Shown piece by piece: positions 32,365-44,719 of a stretch of 64,000 nt of DNA; within the stretch, counting starts at the first letter, position 1; every line of letters starts with the position of its first letter. Made by a program: the position numbers and the translations under genes. The stretch comes from Nannocystis bainbridge (GTDB lineage: Bacteria; Myxococcota_A; Polyangia; Nannocystales; Nannocystaceae), in contig NZ_JAQNDL010000001.1 of the NCBI RefSeq assembly GCF_028368995.1, forward strand, positions 3,584,001 to 3,648,000. The letters run 5' to 3'. The notes under the pieces are model-generated. The model saw only the letters and a program-made list of their open reading frames with translations, was not told where the DNA came from and did not search any database.

Positions 32365-33435
32365 TCACATGGTGTCGGAGACGGTCTTCACTTCCGCGAG
32401 CACCGCCGCCTGCTCGGCCAGCAGCCGCGCCTTGGCCTCGGCCGGCATGAAGCTGTGCTCGACGCTGTTGCGGGCCAGCGCGGCGATCTGCGCCGCGTCC
32501 CACCCGAACGCGGCGGCGCAGCGGCGGTACTCCTCGGCGAGCGTGGTCGCGAACAGCGGCGGGTCGTCGCTGGCGAGCGAGACCTCGAGGCCCGCCGCCA
32601 GCAGCTGCGGCAGCGGATGGTCGGCGAGCGCGGGGTACAGCCCGATCCCCAGGTTGCTCGTCGGACACACCTCGAGCGGGATCCGTCGCTCGCGCAGGTG
32701 CTCCACCAGCGCCGGGTCGGCGAGGCAGCGGACCCCGTGGCCGATGCGTTCGGCGCCCAGCTCGCGCAGGGCGCTCCACACGCTCGAAGGCCCGTCGAGC
32801 TCGCCCGCGTGGGGCAGCGAGCGCAGGCCCTCGGCGCGGGCTCTGGCGAACAGCGGCGCATACGGGGCCGTCGGCCATTGCGGCGACTCCGGGCCGGCGA
32901 ACCCGAGGCCGATCACCCCGACCTCGCGGCCCTCGAGCGCCAGCGCCAGCGTCGGCGCGCCCTCGGCGAAGCGGTGGCGGACGATGTCGAACACCCACGC
33001 CAGCTCGACCCCGTGCTCGGCCCGGGCGCGCGCGCGGCCCTCGGCGAGCCCGGCCAGCAGCGTATCGCCGGCCACGCCGCGGTTCACGTGGGTCAGCGGC
33101 GTGAACGTGACCTCCGCGTAGCGCACGTTCTCGGCCGCCAGCTTGCGCGCCAGGTCGACGGCGATCGCCGCGAAGTCATCCACATCGGTGAGGCACGCCG
33201 AGATCGCGAGGTACATGCGCACGAACTCGCCGAAGTCCTTGAACACGTAGCTGCGGCGCAGGCCCTCCACCCCCGCATCGTCGCCGGGCAGCGCCTTGCC
33301 GTGCTTGCGCGCGAGCGCGAGCGCCAGCTCCGGCTCGACCGAGCCCTCGAGGTGCAGGTGCAATTCGGCCTTCGGCAAGCGCTCGATGAGTCGGGCGCGC
33401 AGCGGGTCGAGGCCTGGCGGGGACGCGGCGGACAT
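32365..33435 (-). CDS. add: Adenosine/adenine deaminase
   Basis: LPKAELHLHLEG, HAGE, RIGHG, EVCPTSN, SDDP. Confidence 0.93.
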   Translation of the reverse strand: MSAASPPGLDPLRARLIERLPKAELHLHLEGSVEPELALALARKHGKALPGDDAGVEGLRRSYVFKDFGEFVRMYLAISACLTDVDDFAAIAVDLARKLAAENVRYAEVTFTPLTHVNRGVAGDTLLAGLAEGRARARAEHGVELAWVFDIVRHRFAEGAPTLALALEGREVGVIGLGFAGPESPQWPTAPYAPLFARARAEGLRSLPHAGELDGPSSVWSALRELGAERIGHGVRCLADPALVEHLRERRIPLEVCPTSNLGIGLYPALADHPLPQLLAAGLEVSLASDDPPLFATTLAEEYRRCAAAFGWDAAQIAALARNSVEHSFMPAEAKARLLAEQAAVLAEVKTVSDTM

Positions 33436-33495
33436 CGGCCGACGCTAGCACGCGCTCGACAGCGCTTGCGACATCGCCTATTGCTCAGGCAGACG

Positions 33496-35154
33496 ATGCT
33501 GCGCCTGCGTCCATGGTTGTCGACCTCGCTGACGGCCGCGCTGATTGGCTGCGGCGACGGCGGCGCCGCCGTGACCGACGGCGCGGCGACCACGGGCACC
33601 AGCGGCGGGATCGACCTCACGGCCGCCACCACCGGCGACGGCCCCGCGCCGACCACCGGCGCCCCGACCGGCGACACCGACACCGACACCGACACCGGCG
33701 GCCCGGCGGCCCCGACCTTCTGCGCCCAGATCGACGTCTCGCTGGTGCTCCACCCGAGCGCCAAGATCTACGGCCTCGCCGATCAGGACGCGCTCGTCGA
33801 GCACTTCACAAACCTGGTCGAAGAGACAGGCGCGACCGTCCGCGTCCTGCCCAACGTCGGCACCGAGTTCATGGCCACCACCGACTGCTTGCTCGCCCAG
33901 GGCAACGCCGCGAGCGACCCGATCCTCGTGTTCGGCGCCGGCGGCGAGGTCACCCCCGGGGCCGCCGACGCGCTGCGCTGCACCCTCGATCGCTTCGACG
34001 TCTACGCGAGCGACTTCGACGTCGGCAACTTCATGTTCTCCGGCCTGATGTTCCCGGTGCTGCAGCGGCCCGACTGGCCGGCGCCCGGGGCCACCGGCCT
34101 GGCGATGCTGGTGGCCGCGACCGACGACAAGCAGGCCAACATGTACGCCCTGCCGGGCCAGGCCTCCGAGGCCTACCTGCGGCTGGTCGGCGACGGCGAT
34201 CGCCGGCGGGTCTCGGCCTTCACCTACGGCGACGGCGGGCTCGAGCTGCACATGTTCGCGCTGGCCGTCAGCGACAAGAGCCGCCACTACGAGAAGTCTT
34301 CCATCGCCTACGCCGCGGCGCTGGCCGAGTTCACCCCGCTGGCGGTGCGCACCTGCGAGGACTTCGACTACGAGGAGCCGCTGCCGGAGACCCCGCCGAG
34401 CGGCTGCAAGCGCATCGACGTGCTGTTCGCCATCGACGGCTCGGGCAGCATGGACGAGGAGCAGGACGCCCTGCGCGGCGCCGACGGCATGCCGCCGGTG
34501 CTGGCCGAGTTCACGGACGCGCTGCTGGGCGAGCTCACCGATGTCGAGGACTTCCACGTCGGCGTCGTCTCGAGCGAGCAGGGCTTCACCGCCCTGCACA
34601 CCCACCGCGACTACCCGATGACGCCCGAGGGCCCGGACACCGACTGCGGCCTGCCGCCCGGGCAGCGCTGGCTGGTCGGCCCCTCGCCGAGCTTCGCCGA
34701 CGAGTTCGCCTGCGTCGCCGCCACCCGCAGCGGCACCGAGGAGATGACCTACTACAACCTCGCCGCCGCCCTGCACGACCCGGCCAACGCCGGGTTCCTG
34801 CGCGACGACTCGCTGCTGTTCATCGTCATCCTCACCGACGAGGACACCTACGACTTCGTGCTCGACACCTCGGTCGCCATCCGCCAGCGCATCGTCGACG
34901 CCGTCGGCGGCGACCTCGATCGCCTGGTGGTGCTCGCCATCGCCGGCGGCCAGGGCGTGTTCGAGATGCCCGAGACCGTGTGCGAGGGCGTCTACGGCGG
35001 CGCCGCGCCCGGGCGCCGGATCCTCACGATCACCCGCGCCTTCCGCGAGCGCGGCCTGTTCCAAAACATCTGCCAGGGCGACCTCGCCGCCACCTTCGCC
35101 GGCGTGCTCGACGACGTCGTCTCGGCCTGCGCCCAGTTCAACCCCGTGCCCTGA
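33496..35154 (+). CDS. Lipoprotein with Thr-rich linker and tandem vWA-like domains
   Basis: Lipobox LIGC; DVLFAIDGSGSM, GFLRDDSLL, LTDED; first domain degenerate. Confidence 0.85.
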   Translation: MLRLRPWLSTSLTAALIGCGDGGAAVTDGAATTGTSGGIDLTAATTGDGPAPTTGAPTGDTDTDTDTGGPAAPTFCAQIDVSLVLHPSAKIYGLADQDALVEHFTNLVEETGATVRVLPNVGTEFMATTDCLLAQGNAASDPILVFGAGGEVTPGAADALRCTLDRFDVYASDFDVGNFMFSGLMFPVLQRPDWPAPGATGLAMLVAATDDKQANMYALPGQASEAYLRLVGDGDRRRVSAFTYGDGGLELHMFALAVSDKSRHYEKSSIAYAAALAEFTPLAVRTCEDFDYEEPLPETPPSGCKRIDVLFAIDGSGSMDEEQDALRGADGMPPVLAEFTDALLGELTDVEDFHVGVVSSEQGFTALHTHRDYPMTPEGPDTDCGLPPGQRWLVGPSPSFADEFACVAATRSGTEEMTYYNLAAALHDPANAGFLRDDSLLFIVILTDEDTYDFVLDTSVAIRQRIVDAVGGDLDRLVVLAIAGGQGVFEMPETVCEGVYGGAAPGRRILTITRAFRERGLFQNICQGDLAATFAGVLDDVVSACAQFNPVP

Positions 35155-35259
35155 AAGCTGAAAACCGCAGAGCCGCCGTTCCGGCGACCCCGCGGTCGTG
35201 AATTGAGACCCCGAAGGCGGCGCCGGTGCTTCATGCGAAGCGCCGGCGGGCCGCGGCGG

Positions 35260-36552
35260 CTAGCCCGAGTTCGGGCAGCGGTACTGGGCGTCGAGCACGC
35301 CGCTCATCTGGAAGCCGGAGCAGGCGGCGCCGCACAGGATGATCTCGTTCATGTCCGGCGTCGTGAACATCCAGCCGTCCTCGCTGCCGTCGCAGGTCGT
35401 GACCTGGGTGTTGCCGTAGGCCGTGCCGTTGACGCTGACCTCGACGTAGTCGGGGTACTTCGGCACCGGGTCGAGGGTGATCGTGCAGCTCAGGATCTGC
35501 ATCGAGATCTCCTCGAGCGCCATCTGCAGCTCGACCTGGTTCTGCGTGTCGTAGAACTTGACGTCGCCATCGCGCGGACGGCCGCCGATGTCGGCCAGCT
35601 CGTTGAGCTTCTGGTAGGCGTTGGTGGCGTCCGGGTTGCCGTCGTTGGCCGTCGGGCTGGTCGTGTCGGCGATGGCGATGCCGACCACGTAGGTCGGGAT
35701 GCTGAGGTTGGTGAACGCGTCACCGACCACCATCGCCAGGTTCTCGTCGTACTGCTCGAACAGCTCCGAGTTGTTGGCCGCGTCCTCGCGACAGTTGGCC
35801 GCGCCGTCGGTGACGAGGATGATGAACTGCGGCTGACCGTCCTGGATGGTGCCGAGCTCGGAGAGCGCCGCCTTGACGCCCTTGGTCGCCGGCGTGCCGC
35901 CCTTGATGGTCGCGTCGGTCTCGTCGGCGCCGGGGATGGCGTTGAGGATCGCCTGGCCGTTCATCGGCGCGATCTCCACCTCGGGCGTCATGTTCACCGG
36001 GCAGGCCGTCGCGTTGTAGGCCGAGGCGGCCATCTTCGACGGGAACAGCACCGCGCCGAGGTTCATCGAGTTCTGGAAGGTCCCGGTGATGAAGTCGACC
36101 ACGCTGTAGAGCGACTTCCAGCGGGTGATCTTCGGGGTCGCCGCCGCCATCATGTTGGGGTCGGCGTCCTGGATGCCGTCGTCGTTGGCGTCGTCGCCGT
36201 CGTGGTCCCAGTAGCCCTTGTCGGGGGTGACCATCGAGCCCGACTTGTCGAGCACGAGCATGACGTTCGGCGTCACGACCGGGATCTCGACCACGGCCTC
36301 GCCGCAGTCGTTGGGGTCGAACGTGGTGTTGGCCGTGTCCGTGTCCGTGGTCGGGCCCAGGGTGCCGGTCGGCACCGTCTCGGTGGTCGACTCGGACGCC
36401 GAGGTCGTCGTGGTCGGCTCGCTGGTGGTGCCCGGCAGCGTCAGGATGCCCGTCATCGAGTTGGTGCTGGCCGTGGTGTCCACTTGCTTGCCATCGTCGC
36501 CGCAGCCGACCAGGCCGACAGCCACGAGGCTGGAAATCAACGCGCGCTTCAT
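35260..36552 (-). CDS. vWA-domain lipoprotein (paralog of 18302-19567)
   Basis: Lipobox LVGC; [35 protein letters not shown]. Confidence 0.9.
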   Translation of the reverse strand: MKRALISSLVAVGLVGCGDDGKQVDTTASTNSMTGILTLPGTTSEPTTTTSASESTTETVPTGTLGPTTDTDTANTTFDPNDCGEAVVEIPVVTPNVMLVLDKSGSMVTPDKGYWDHDGDDANDDGIQDADPNMMAAATPKITRWKSLYSVVDFITGTFQNSMNLGAVLFPSKMAASAYNATACPVNMTPEVEIAPMNGQAILNAIPGADETDATIKGGTPATKGVKAALSELGTIQDGQPQFIILVTDGAANCREDAANNSELFEQYDENLAMVVGDAFTNLSIPTYVVGIAIADTTSPTANDGNPDATNAYQKLNELADIGGRPRDGDVKFYDTQNQVELQMALEEISMQILSCTITLDPVPKYPDYVEVSVNGTAYGNTQVTTCDGSEDGWMFTTPDMNEIILCGAACSGFQMSGVLDAQYRCPNSG

Positions 36553-36852
36553 AAGCGGAAGGTTCCTTCGAGAGTTGGGTGAAGTTGAGAGTCGAGGACG
36601 GGGGCCCGTCGAGTTGGACACCGAAGCACGGGCCGTGTCCGGGCGTCCGCGGCGGTCACTATACCGATCACGCCGGCCCGTCGCAGCTTTCCGGCGAAGA
36701 GCAGATCTGCGCGGCGCGGCCTGCGAACGTCGGCTCCGCCCCGATAGCGACCGCATCCGGTCGCGCGGTCGCTGCCTTACACGCCCGGGCGCGCCTGCGT
36801 CACGGCGCTGCAACGCTCCGGCCGCGCAATCCTTCGCGCAGCGCGAGCGGCC

Positions 36853-37323
36853 TCAAAAGCGGAAGCCGAACGAAAGTCCGCGCACCTCTCGGGACATCAT
36901 CGGCGCGAGCGCCATGCCGTGGTCCCGCAGCCAGCGATGGTGCCGAGCCCGCTGGCTCATGCCCCACGCGAGGAACACCGCGCCGGTGACGGCCATGAGG
37001 CCGCCCATGCCGACGCCGACGAGCCCGTAGATCTGCAGGCCGCGGCAGGTCTGGTCGGTCGCGTTGGCGCCGTAGATGCGGTTGCAGTACTGCGGCGAGG
37101 CCATCGCGAACATCGCCACGCCGAGGCCGGTCCGGAGCAGACCGAGCGGCAGGATGACCGTGCCCGTCACGACCTTCTCGTGGCCGTCGACTGGTTCGCG
37201 CTCGCGATTCTCGCCGAAGGCGTAATAACCGCCGATCGCTTCGGGATCGCTCGGGGGTGGCGGGGGCGCCGCCAGCGCGAGCGCGGTCGCGAGCGCGACG
37301 ATGCCGGACGTCATCGCCATCAT
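36853..37323 (-). CDS. Small exported/membrane protein
   Basis: Signal peptide, two hydrophobic segments, ends GLSFGFRF; ATGA overlap with the upstream gene. Confidence 0.7.
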   Translation of the reverse strand: MMAMTSGIVALATALALAAPPPPPSDPEAIGGYYAFGENREREPVDGHEKVVTGTVILPLGLLRTGLGVAMFAMASPQYCNRIYGANATDQTCRGLQIYGLVGVGMGGLMAVTGAVFLAWGMSQRARHHRWLRDHGMALAPMMSREVRGLSFGFRF

Positions 37324-38516
37324 GTCCCTCCAGACAGCTCGGTGAAGCGCCGCACCTGGCGCTTGTAAAACGCCGACTCGGGCTCGAGCCGGGCGGCCTC
37401 GCGGATCGCCGCGAGCGCCTCGGCGCCGCGCCCGAGCTGGTGCTGCAGCTCGGCCCGCAAGTAGTGGAGCTCCGCAGCGTCGGGCTGCTTGGCGACCGCG
37501 GCATCGACCGCTTCGAGCGCCGGCGCCTGACCGCAGCGCTCGCGGAAGGCGAACCACCCGAACGCGCTCTTGAGGTCGACGTCGTTCTGGTCGCTCGCCA
37601 CCATCGCTTGCAGGCTGGCGATCGCCTCGTCGTCGCGCCCGAGCTTGTGCAGCTCGCGGCCGATCGCGCGGAAGGCCGGGATGGTCTCCTTGGCCGCGGG
37701 GAACTTCTGCTGCAGCTCCTTGTAGAGCGCGATCGCCCGCTCGGAGTCGCGGTCGAGCTTCGCCACCAAAAAGGCCGCGCGGTCGCGCATCGCCTTGGCC
37801 GCGAGGCCCTTGGCGTTGTCGGGGTCGCCCGCGATCACGCGCTCGAACGCCGCCTCGGCCTCGGCGCGGCGGGCCGCCAGCGCGTACGCGACCCCGAGCT
37901 CGTAGCGCGCCTGCAGGTCGTCCGGCGCGGCCGCGACCTTTTGCTCGAGCTCGGCGAGCACGTTGCCGCCTGCGGCGATCTTGGTGAGCGCGGCGAGCAG
38001 CGCCGGCGGCTCCATCGCGTCGACCAGGCGGCCCTTCTCGACCCCGTCGGCGTCGAGCACCAGCAGCGTCGGGTAGGCCTGCACCTTGTAGCGCGCCACC
38101 AGCTCGGGCCCCTCGCCCTTCTCGGCGTCGACGTGCAGCGCGACGTAGTCGGCCAGCGCCGCGCCGACGTCGGGCCGCGTGAACACCTTCTCGTCGAGCT
38201 CGCGGCAGGGCGGGCACCAGTACGCGCCGACGTCGACGAACACCAGCTTGCCCGCCGCCTTCGCCGCGGCGAGCGCCGCCTCGAGATCGCCCTCGATCCA
38301 CTTCACCGCCGACACGATCTCACCGTCGCTCTGCACCCCCGGCCCCGCGCCCGCTGGCGGGTTCACCGCTTCGGGCGCCGGCGCGGCCTTCGGCGCGACC
38401 TCGGGCGCATCGGCCTTCGGCCCCGGCGCGGTGCAGGAGCTCATGAGCATCGCGCCCACCAACGGAGCCGACAGCGCGGCGAGGAACGGGCGGACGACGG
38501 CACGAGCGCGAACCAT
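37320..38516 (-). CDS. Thioredoxin-fold + TPR lipoprotein
   Basis: YWCPPC, YPTLLVLD, TPR repeats; Cys at the end of the signal. Confidence 0.88.
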   Translation of the reverse strand: MVRARAVVRPFLAALSAPLVGAMLMSSCTAPGPKADAPEVAPKAAPAPEAVNPPAGAGPGVQSDGEIVSAVKWIEGDLEAALAAAKAAGKLVFVDVGAYWCPPCRELDEKVFTRPDVGAALADYVALHVDAEKGEGPELVARYKVQAYPTLLVLDADGVEKGRLVDAMEPPALLAALTKIAAGGNVLAELEQKVAAAPDDLQARYELGVAYALAARRAEAEAAFERVIAGDPDNAKGLAAKAMRDRAAFLVAKLDRDSERAIALYKELQQKFPAAKETIPAFRAIGRELHKLGRDDEAIASLQAMVASDQNDVDLKSAFGWFAFRERCGQAPALEAVDAAVAKQPDAAELHYLRAELQHQLGRGAEALAAIREAARLEPESAFYKRQVRRFTELSGGT

Positions 38517-38736
38517 GGCTCGCTTGAAGCTGCCCGGGAACCTCGCCGGCCGCAACTGCCACCCCGCGCGCAAAGCCCAAAAGCTTGCGGCCAGCCATGG
38601 CCTCGCGCAAGTGCGGCCGGCGCGTGAGGTCTCGAGACGCCCGCGCAGTTCGACCACCGCGTTGCCATTTTGACACGCGAGCCCAGGCTAGCGCTGTCCT
38701 TCAAGTCTTTTTGTCGACGCCCGCCCGAGGAACCCC

Positions 38737-41352
<2,616 letters not shown>

Positions 41353-41355
<3 letters not shown>

Positions 41356-41390
41356 CTTGTCCTTGAGGACATGTCCTGAGAGACATGCTT
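41353..41390. repeat. 14-bp-period array at the clpB stop
   Basis: CTTG 41356, CATG 41370, CATG 41384. Confidence 0.85.
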
Positions 41391-41557
41391 CGCCCCGGCC
41401 GCGCGCGGCCGGGGCGACGCTCGTCCACCCGGGCCCGCGGGTCACCCTTCGTGCGGCCCGATCTCTTTCGCCCGCGACACGAAGATCGCGCCTTCGATCT
41501 TGACTCACGGCGGCTCGCGCGTCGGTCGCGTGCACCGCGGCCGGCGTCCGCCGTAGA

Positions 41558-42622
41558 GTGCCCGTCGTGGCCCTGCCCACACCGCCGCGGCGTCGCGCCC
41601 TCCTGTGGGCCGTCTCGTGCGTCGGCGCCGTCGTCCTCCTGTGGCTCGCCTCGCGCACGGTCCCGCTGTGGCCGGACGTCCTGCACCTCCCGCGGCCGGG
41701 GCTGCTGGCCCTCGCGGCCGCGCTGCACCTCCCCTACAGCCTGCTCCGCGCCGTGCGCCTGCGCTGGGCCTTGCCGCCTGGCGTCCCTGTCTCCCGGGAC
41801 CTGCTCGTCGGCAGCGGCCTCGTGTCCTTCCTCGTCATCTTGTTGCTGCCGCTGCGGCTCGGCGAGCTGTCGCGCCCGCTGCTGCTCGCCCGCGCCGGCG
41901 TCCCTGGCCTCGGCCTGCCCGAGGCGATCGCCGCCATCGCCAGCGAGCGCCTGCTCGACGGCCTCCTCGTCGTCGGCATGCTGTTCCTCGGCCTCGGCCT
42001 CTCGACCGCCTTCAGCCCCGAGTTCGCCGCCCTCGTCGGCTCGGTCGAGCGGTTCGGCCTCGCCTCCGGCGTCGTCTTCGCCGGCTTGATGCTCGCGCTC
42101 GGCCTCCTCGCCTTCACCCCCCCGCGCCACCACGAGCGCCTCGGCGGCCTCGTGCGGCCCGTCCTCGGCGCCCGCCTCGGCGAGTTCGTGTTCCACCTCG
42201 CCGCCGCCTTGCGGCCGATCTTCACCAGCGCTCGCGGCCTGTTCCTGCTCGCCGCCTCGCTCGTCTACTGGGCGGTCACCCTCCTGCAGTTGTGGCTGGT
42301 GCTCCGGGCCTGCGGCATCGATCTCGGGGCCGGCGAGGCCGCCGTGATCGTCGCCATCGTCGGCCTCAGCATCCAGCTGCCCGGCGGACCGGCCCAGGTC
42401 GGCAGCTTTCAGTTCGGCGCCGCCCTGGCCTTGCAGCTCTTCATCGGCCCGGCCGATTTCGCCGGGCCCGGCGCCAGCTTCGGCGCCCTCATGTACCTGC
42501 TCGGCCTCCTCGGCGCCCTCCTGCTCGCCCTCCCCGGCCTCGCGCTCCTCGGCCGCGACCGGCGCCGGAGGCCGACCGATCCCTCGCCGGGCGGCCCTTC
42601 CGAACCCGGTCCGATCGCCTGA
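41558..42622 (+). CDS. Lysylphosphatidylglycerol-synthase TM / flippase-like membrane protein
   Basis: LPLRLGELSR, ERLLDG, PGGPAQVGSF; very hydrophobic. Confidence 0.82.
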   Translation: MPVVALPTPPRRRALLWAVSCVGAVVLLWLASRTVPLWPDVLHLPRPGLLALAAALHLPYSLLRAVRLRWALPPGVPVSRDLLVGSGLVSFLVILLLPLRLGELSRPLLLARAGVPGLGLPEAIAAIASERLLDGLLVVGMLFLGLGLSTAFSPEFAALVGSVERFGLASGVVFAGLMLALGLLAFTPPRHHERLGGLVRPVLGARLGEFVFHLAAALRPIFTSARGLFLLAASLVYWAVTLLQLWLVLRACGIDLGAGEAAVIVAIVGLSIQLPGGPAQVGSFQFGAALALQLFIGPADFAGPGASFGALMYLLGLLGALLLALPGLALLGRDRRRRPTDPSPGGPSEPGPIA

Positions 42623-42774
42623 CCCTCCGGTAATTCTCCCGCGGCCGGCCCCTCCGGGGGCTTTCGTGCCGCGGCGTCGGCTTTGGCCCCCGCGCCTGGC
42701 CGTTGCTGGACGGCCGCTCCCGCGGGTATGCTCCGCCGGCGCGGCGCCGCCCTGTGCGCCGCGCTGGAGAGTTC

Positions 42775-44289
42775 ATGTCGCGCGACCTTCGTACGCTTCG
42801 CCAGTTGTTCCGCCCCGGTCTCTTGGGCCTGTTCGCCCTGACCCTCACCACCGCGGCGTGCGGCAAGAAGGGCGACACCACCGCTCCTGGCGAGAAGGGC
42901 ATGTCGGTCGAAGAGGCCGACCGCAAGCGGGCCGACGCGCAGAAGGCCGCCAAGGCCGACACGCTGGTCGCGCTGGCCAACAAGGACCTCGCCAGCGGTC
43001 GTTGGTCCTCGGCGCGCGAGCGGGCCAAGCGGGCGCTCGAGTCCGAGTCGAAGAACGCCGACGCCTACGCGGTGCTCGGGGCGGCCAGCTGGCGCGCGGG
43101 TGACTACGCCGGCTCGACCAAGGCCTTCAAGGAGGCGCTCGAGCTCGACCGCAAGAACTTCGGCGCCGCCGTCGGCCTCGGCCGCAACTACCAGGCCGTC
43201 GGCGACCACAAGGCCGCGATCGAGCTGCAGGACACGATCCTCGCCGCCGACCAGAACCAGATCGACCCGCTGCTGATCAAGCTGTGGAGCTACTACGCCC
43301 AGCTCGACGCCGTCAACGCGGTCAAGACCCTCGACGCGGTCTTCAAGCTGATCGAGCCCGACAACCCGCTGCTGCCGCTGCTGCAGAGCCACGCCGCCTT
43401 CATGCGCCCGCTCGAGGGCAAGGGAGAGCTGGCCAAGGTCGACGGCGCCAAGGGCAGCTCCGACCTGCAGCTCGACCCGACCCAGGGCCTCAAGCACGCC
43501 GGCGCCACCGTCGGCAGCGAGTACACCCGCGTGCTCCTGCTCGAGCTGCGCGAGGAGGCCCGGATCCACAAGGCCTTCGCCGACCAGCTCAAGCTGAAGG
43601 AGGTCGCCAAGATCAAGACCTTCGGCAGCGACACCGAGACGAGCATCGTCATCATCCCCGAGGTCAAGTTCGGCGACCTCAAGATCACCAACATCCCGGC
43701 GATCGTCGACGACCTCTCGACCTTCGGCCTCGGCGAGACGCCCGGCGTCCTGCTCGGCCGCCAGGTCATGAGCAAGATCGGCGCGATCACCTTCGACTTC
43801 CCCAACGCCTCGCTCGAGCTGCAGAGCGCCGCGCCGACCGCCGCGCCCGCGGGCGCCACCGCGTCGCAGCTGCTCCTGCTCGACCTCCACCTGTTCCTCG
43901 TGCCCACCGTGCCCGTCACGCTCGAGGGCTCCGACGCCCAGTTCTACGCCTGGCTCGGCGGCTCCTACGGCACGGCCCTCACCGTCGCCAAGAAGAACTT
44001 CCTCAAGAGCGGCCACCTGCCGCGCGAGCTCGACCCGCTCGACGACCCCAACTCCGGCCTCAAGATGGTCTACATCGACCAGGCCAAGGTCGGTGAGCTC
44101 GGCGTCAAGGGCGTCGGCGGCCTCGTCCTCGCCAACACCCCGCCCGACGGCGGCCTCGCCCAGGTCGTCGAGCTCGGCGGCTTCGAGCTCGGCGGCTACG
44201 TCAACGTGCCGCTGCTCAAGAGCATGAAGGTCACCTACGCCCTGTCGCAGGGCCAGGTGTTCTTCGCCCCGAAGACCGCCGGCAAGTGA
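42775..44289 (+). CDS. TPR lipoprotein with retropepsin-like domains (catalytic motifs degenerate)
   Basis: Lipobox TAAC; TPRs; IPEVKFGDLKITNIP...GVLLGRQVM...ITFDF. Confidence 0.72.
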   Translation: MSRDLRTLRQLFRPGLLGLFALTLTTAACGKKGDTTAPGEKGMSVEEADRKRADAQKAAKADTLVALANKDLASGRWSSARERAKRALESESKNADAYAVLGAASWRAGDYAGSTKAFKEALELDRKNFGAAVGLGRNYQAVGDHKAAIELQDTILAADQNQIDPLLIKLWSYYAQLDAVNAVKTLDAVFKLIEPDNPLLPLLQSHAAFMRPLEGKGELAKVDGAKGSSDLQLDPTQGLKHAGATVGSEYTRVLLLELREEARIHKAFADQLKLKEVAKIKTFGSDTETSIVIIPEVKFGDLKITNIPAIVDDLSTFGLGETPGVLLGRQVMSKIGAITFDFPNASLELQSAAPTAAPAGATASQLLLLDLHLFLVPTVPVTLEGSDAQFYAWLGGSYGTALTVAKKNFLKSGHLPRELDPLDDPNSGLKMVYIDQAKVGELGVKGVGGLVLANTPPDGGLAQVVELGGFELGGYVNVPLLKSMKVTYALSQGQVFFAPKTAGK

Positions 44290-44318
44290 CCCGCGGCGAC
44301 GACCGTCGCCCGCACCCA

Positions 44319-44360
44319 GGAACGACTCCGCGGCCCGCCGCGGGGTCGTTCCTGCTTTCT
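44319..44360 (+). terminator. Probable Rho-independent terminator
   Basis: ggaacgactccgcgg-cccg-ccgcggggtcgttcc followed by tgctttct. Confidence 0.65.
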
Positions 44361-44465
44361 CCGTCGCTCGCCGAGCCGTCGCTCGCCGAGCCGTCACTCG
44401 CCGAGGTGTCGCCCGCCGAGCCGTCACTCGCCGAGCCGTCGCTCGCCGAGCCGTCGCTCGCCGGC
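44361..44465. repeat. 15-bp tandem repeat x7 (VNTR)
   Basis: ccgtc(g/a)ctcgccgag units; the 4th is degenerate. Confidence 0.92.
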
Positions 44466-44719
44466 TCGCACCTCGCCGCTTCACTGCCTCGGCTCGCGCG
44501 ACCGGCGAAGCAGCCTCGCTCGCGCGACCGGCGAAGCAGCCTCGCCTGCAGCGCCCTCCGCAAAGTCACGGCCGCGCCGCCTGGCGCACCCACGACCCGT
44601 GTGCACGGCGAGCCTCGCCCGCCCGCGCCGGCCGCAGCCAGGGGTCCGTGGCCGGCCGCTGGCGGCAGGACGGGCCGCCTCGCGCGCCCCCGCCCGCGCT
44701 TTTGGTCTATCGTGGCTCC

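Noticed and set aside
31556-32998. 480-aa STAS ORF
   Set aside because: The upstream part overlaps add in another frame
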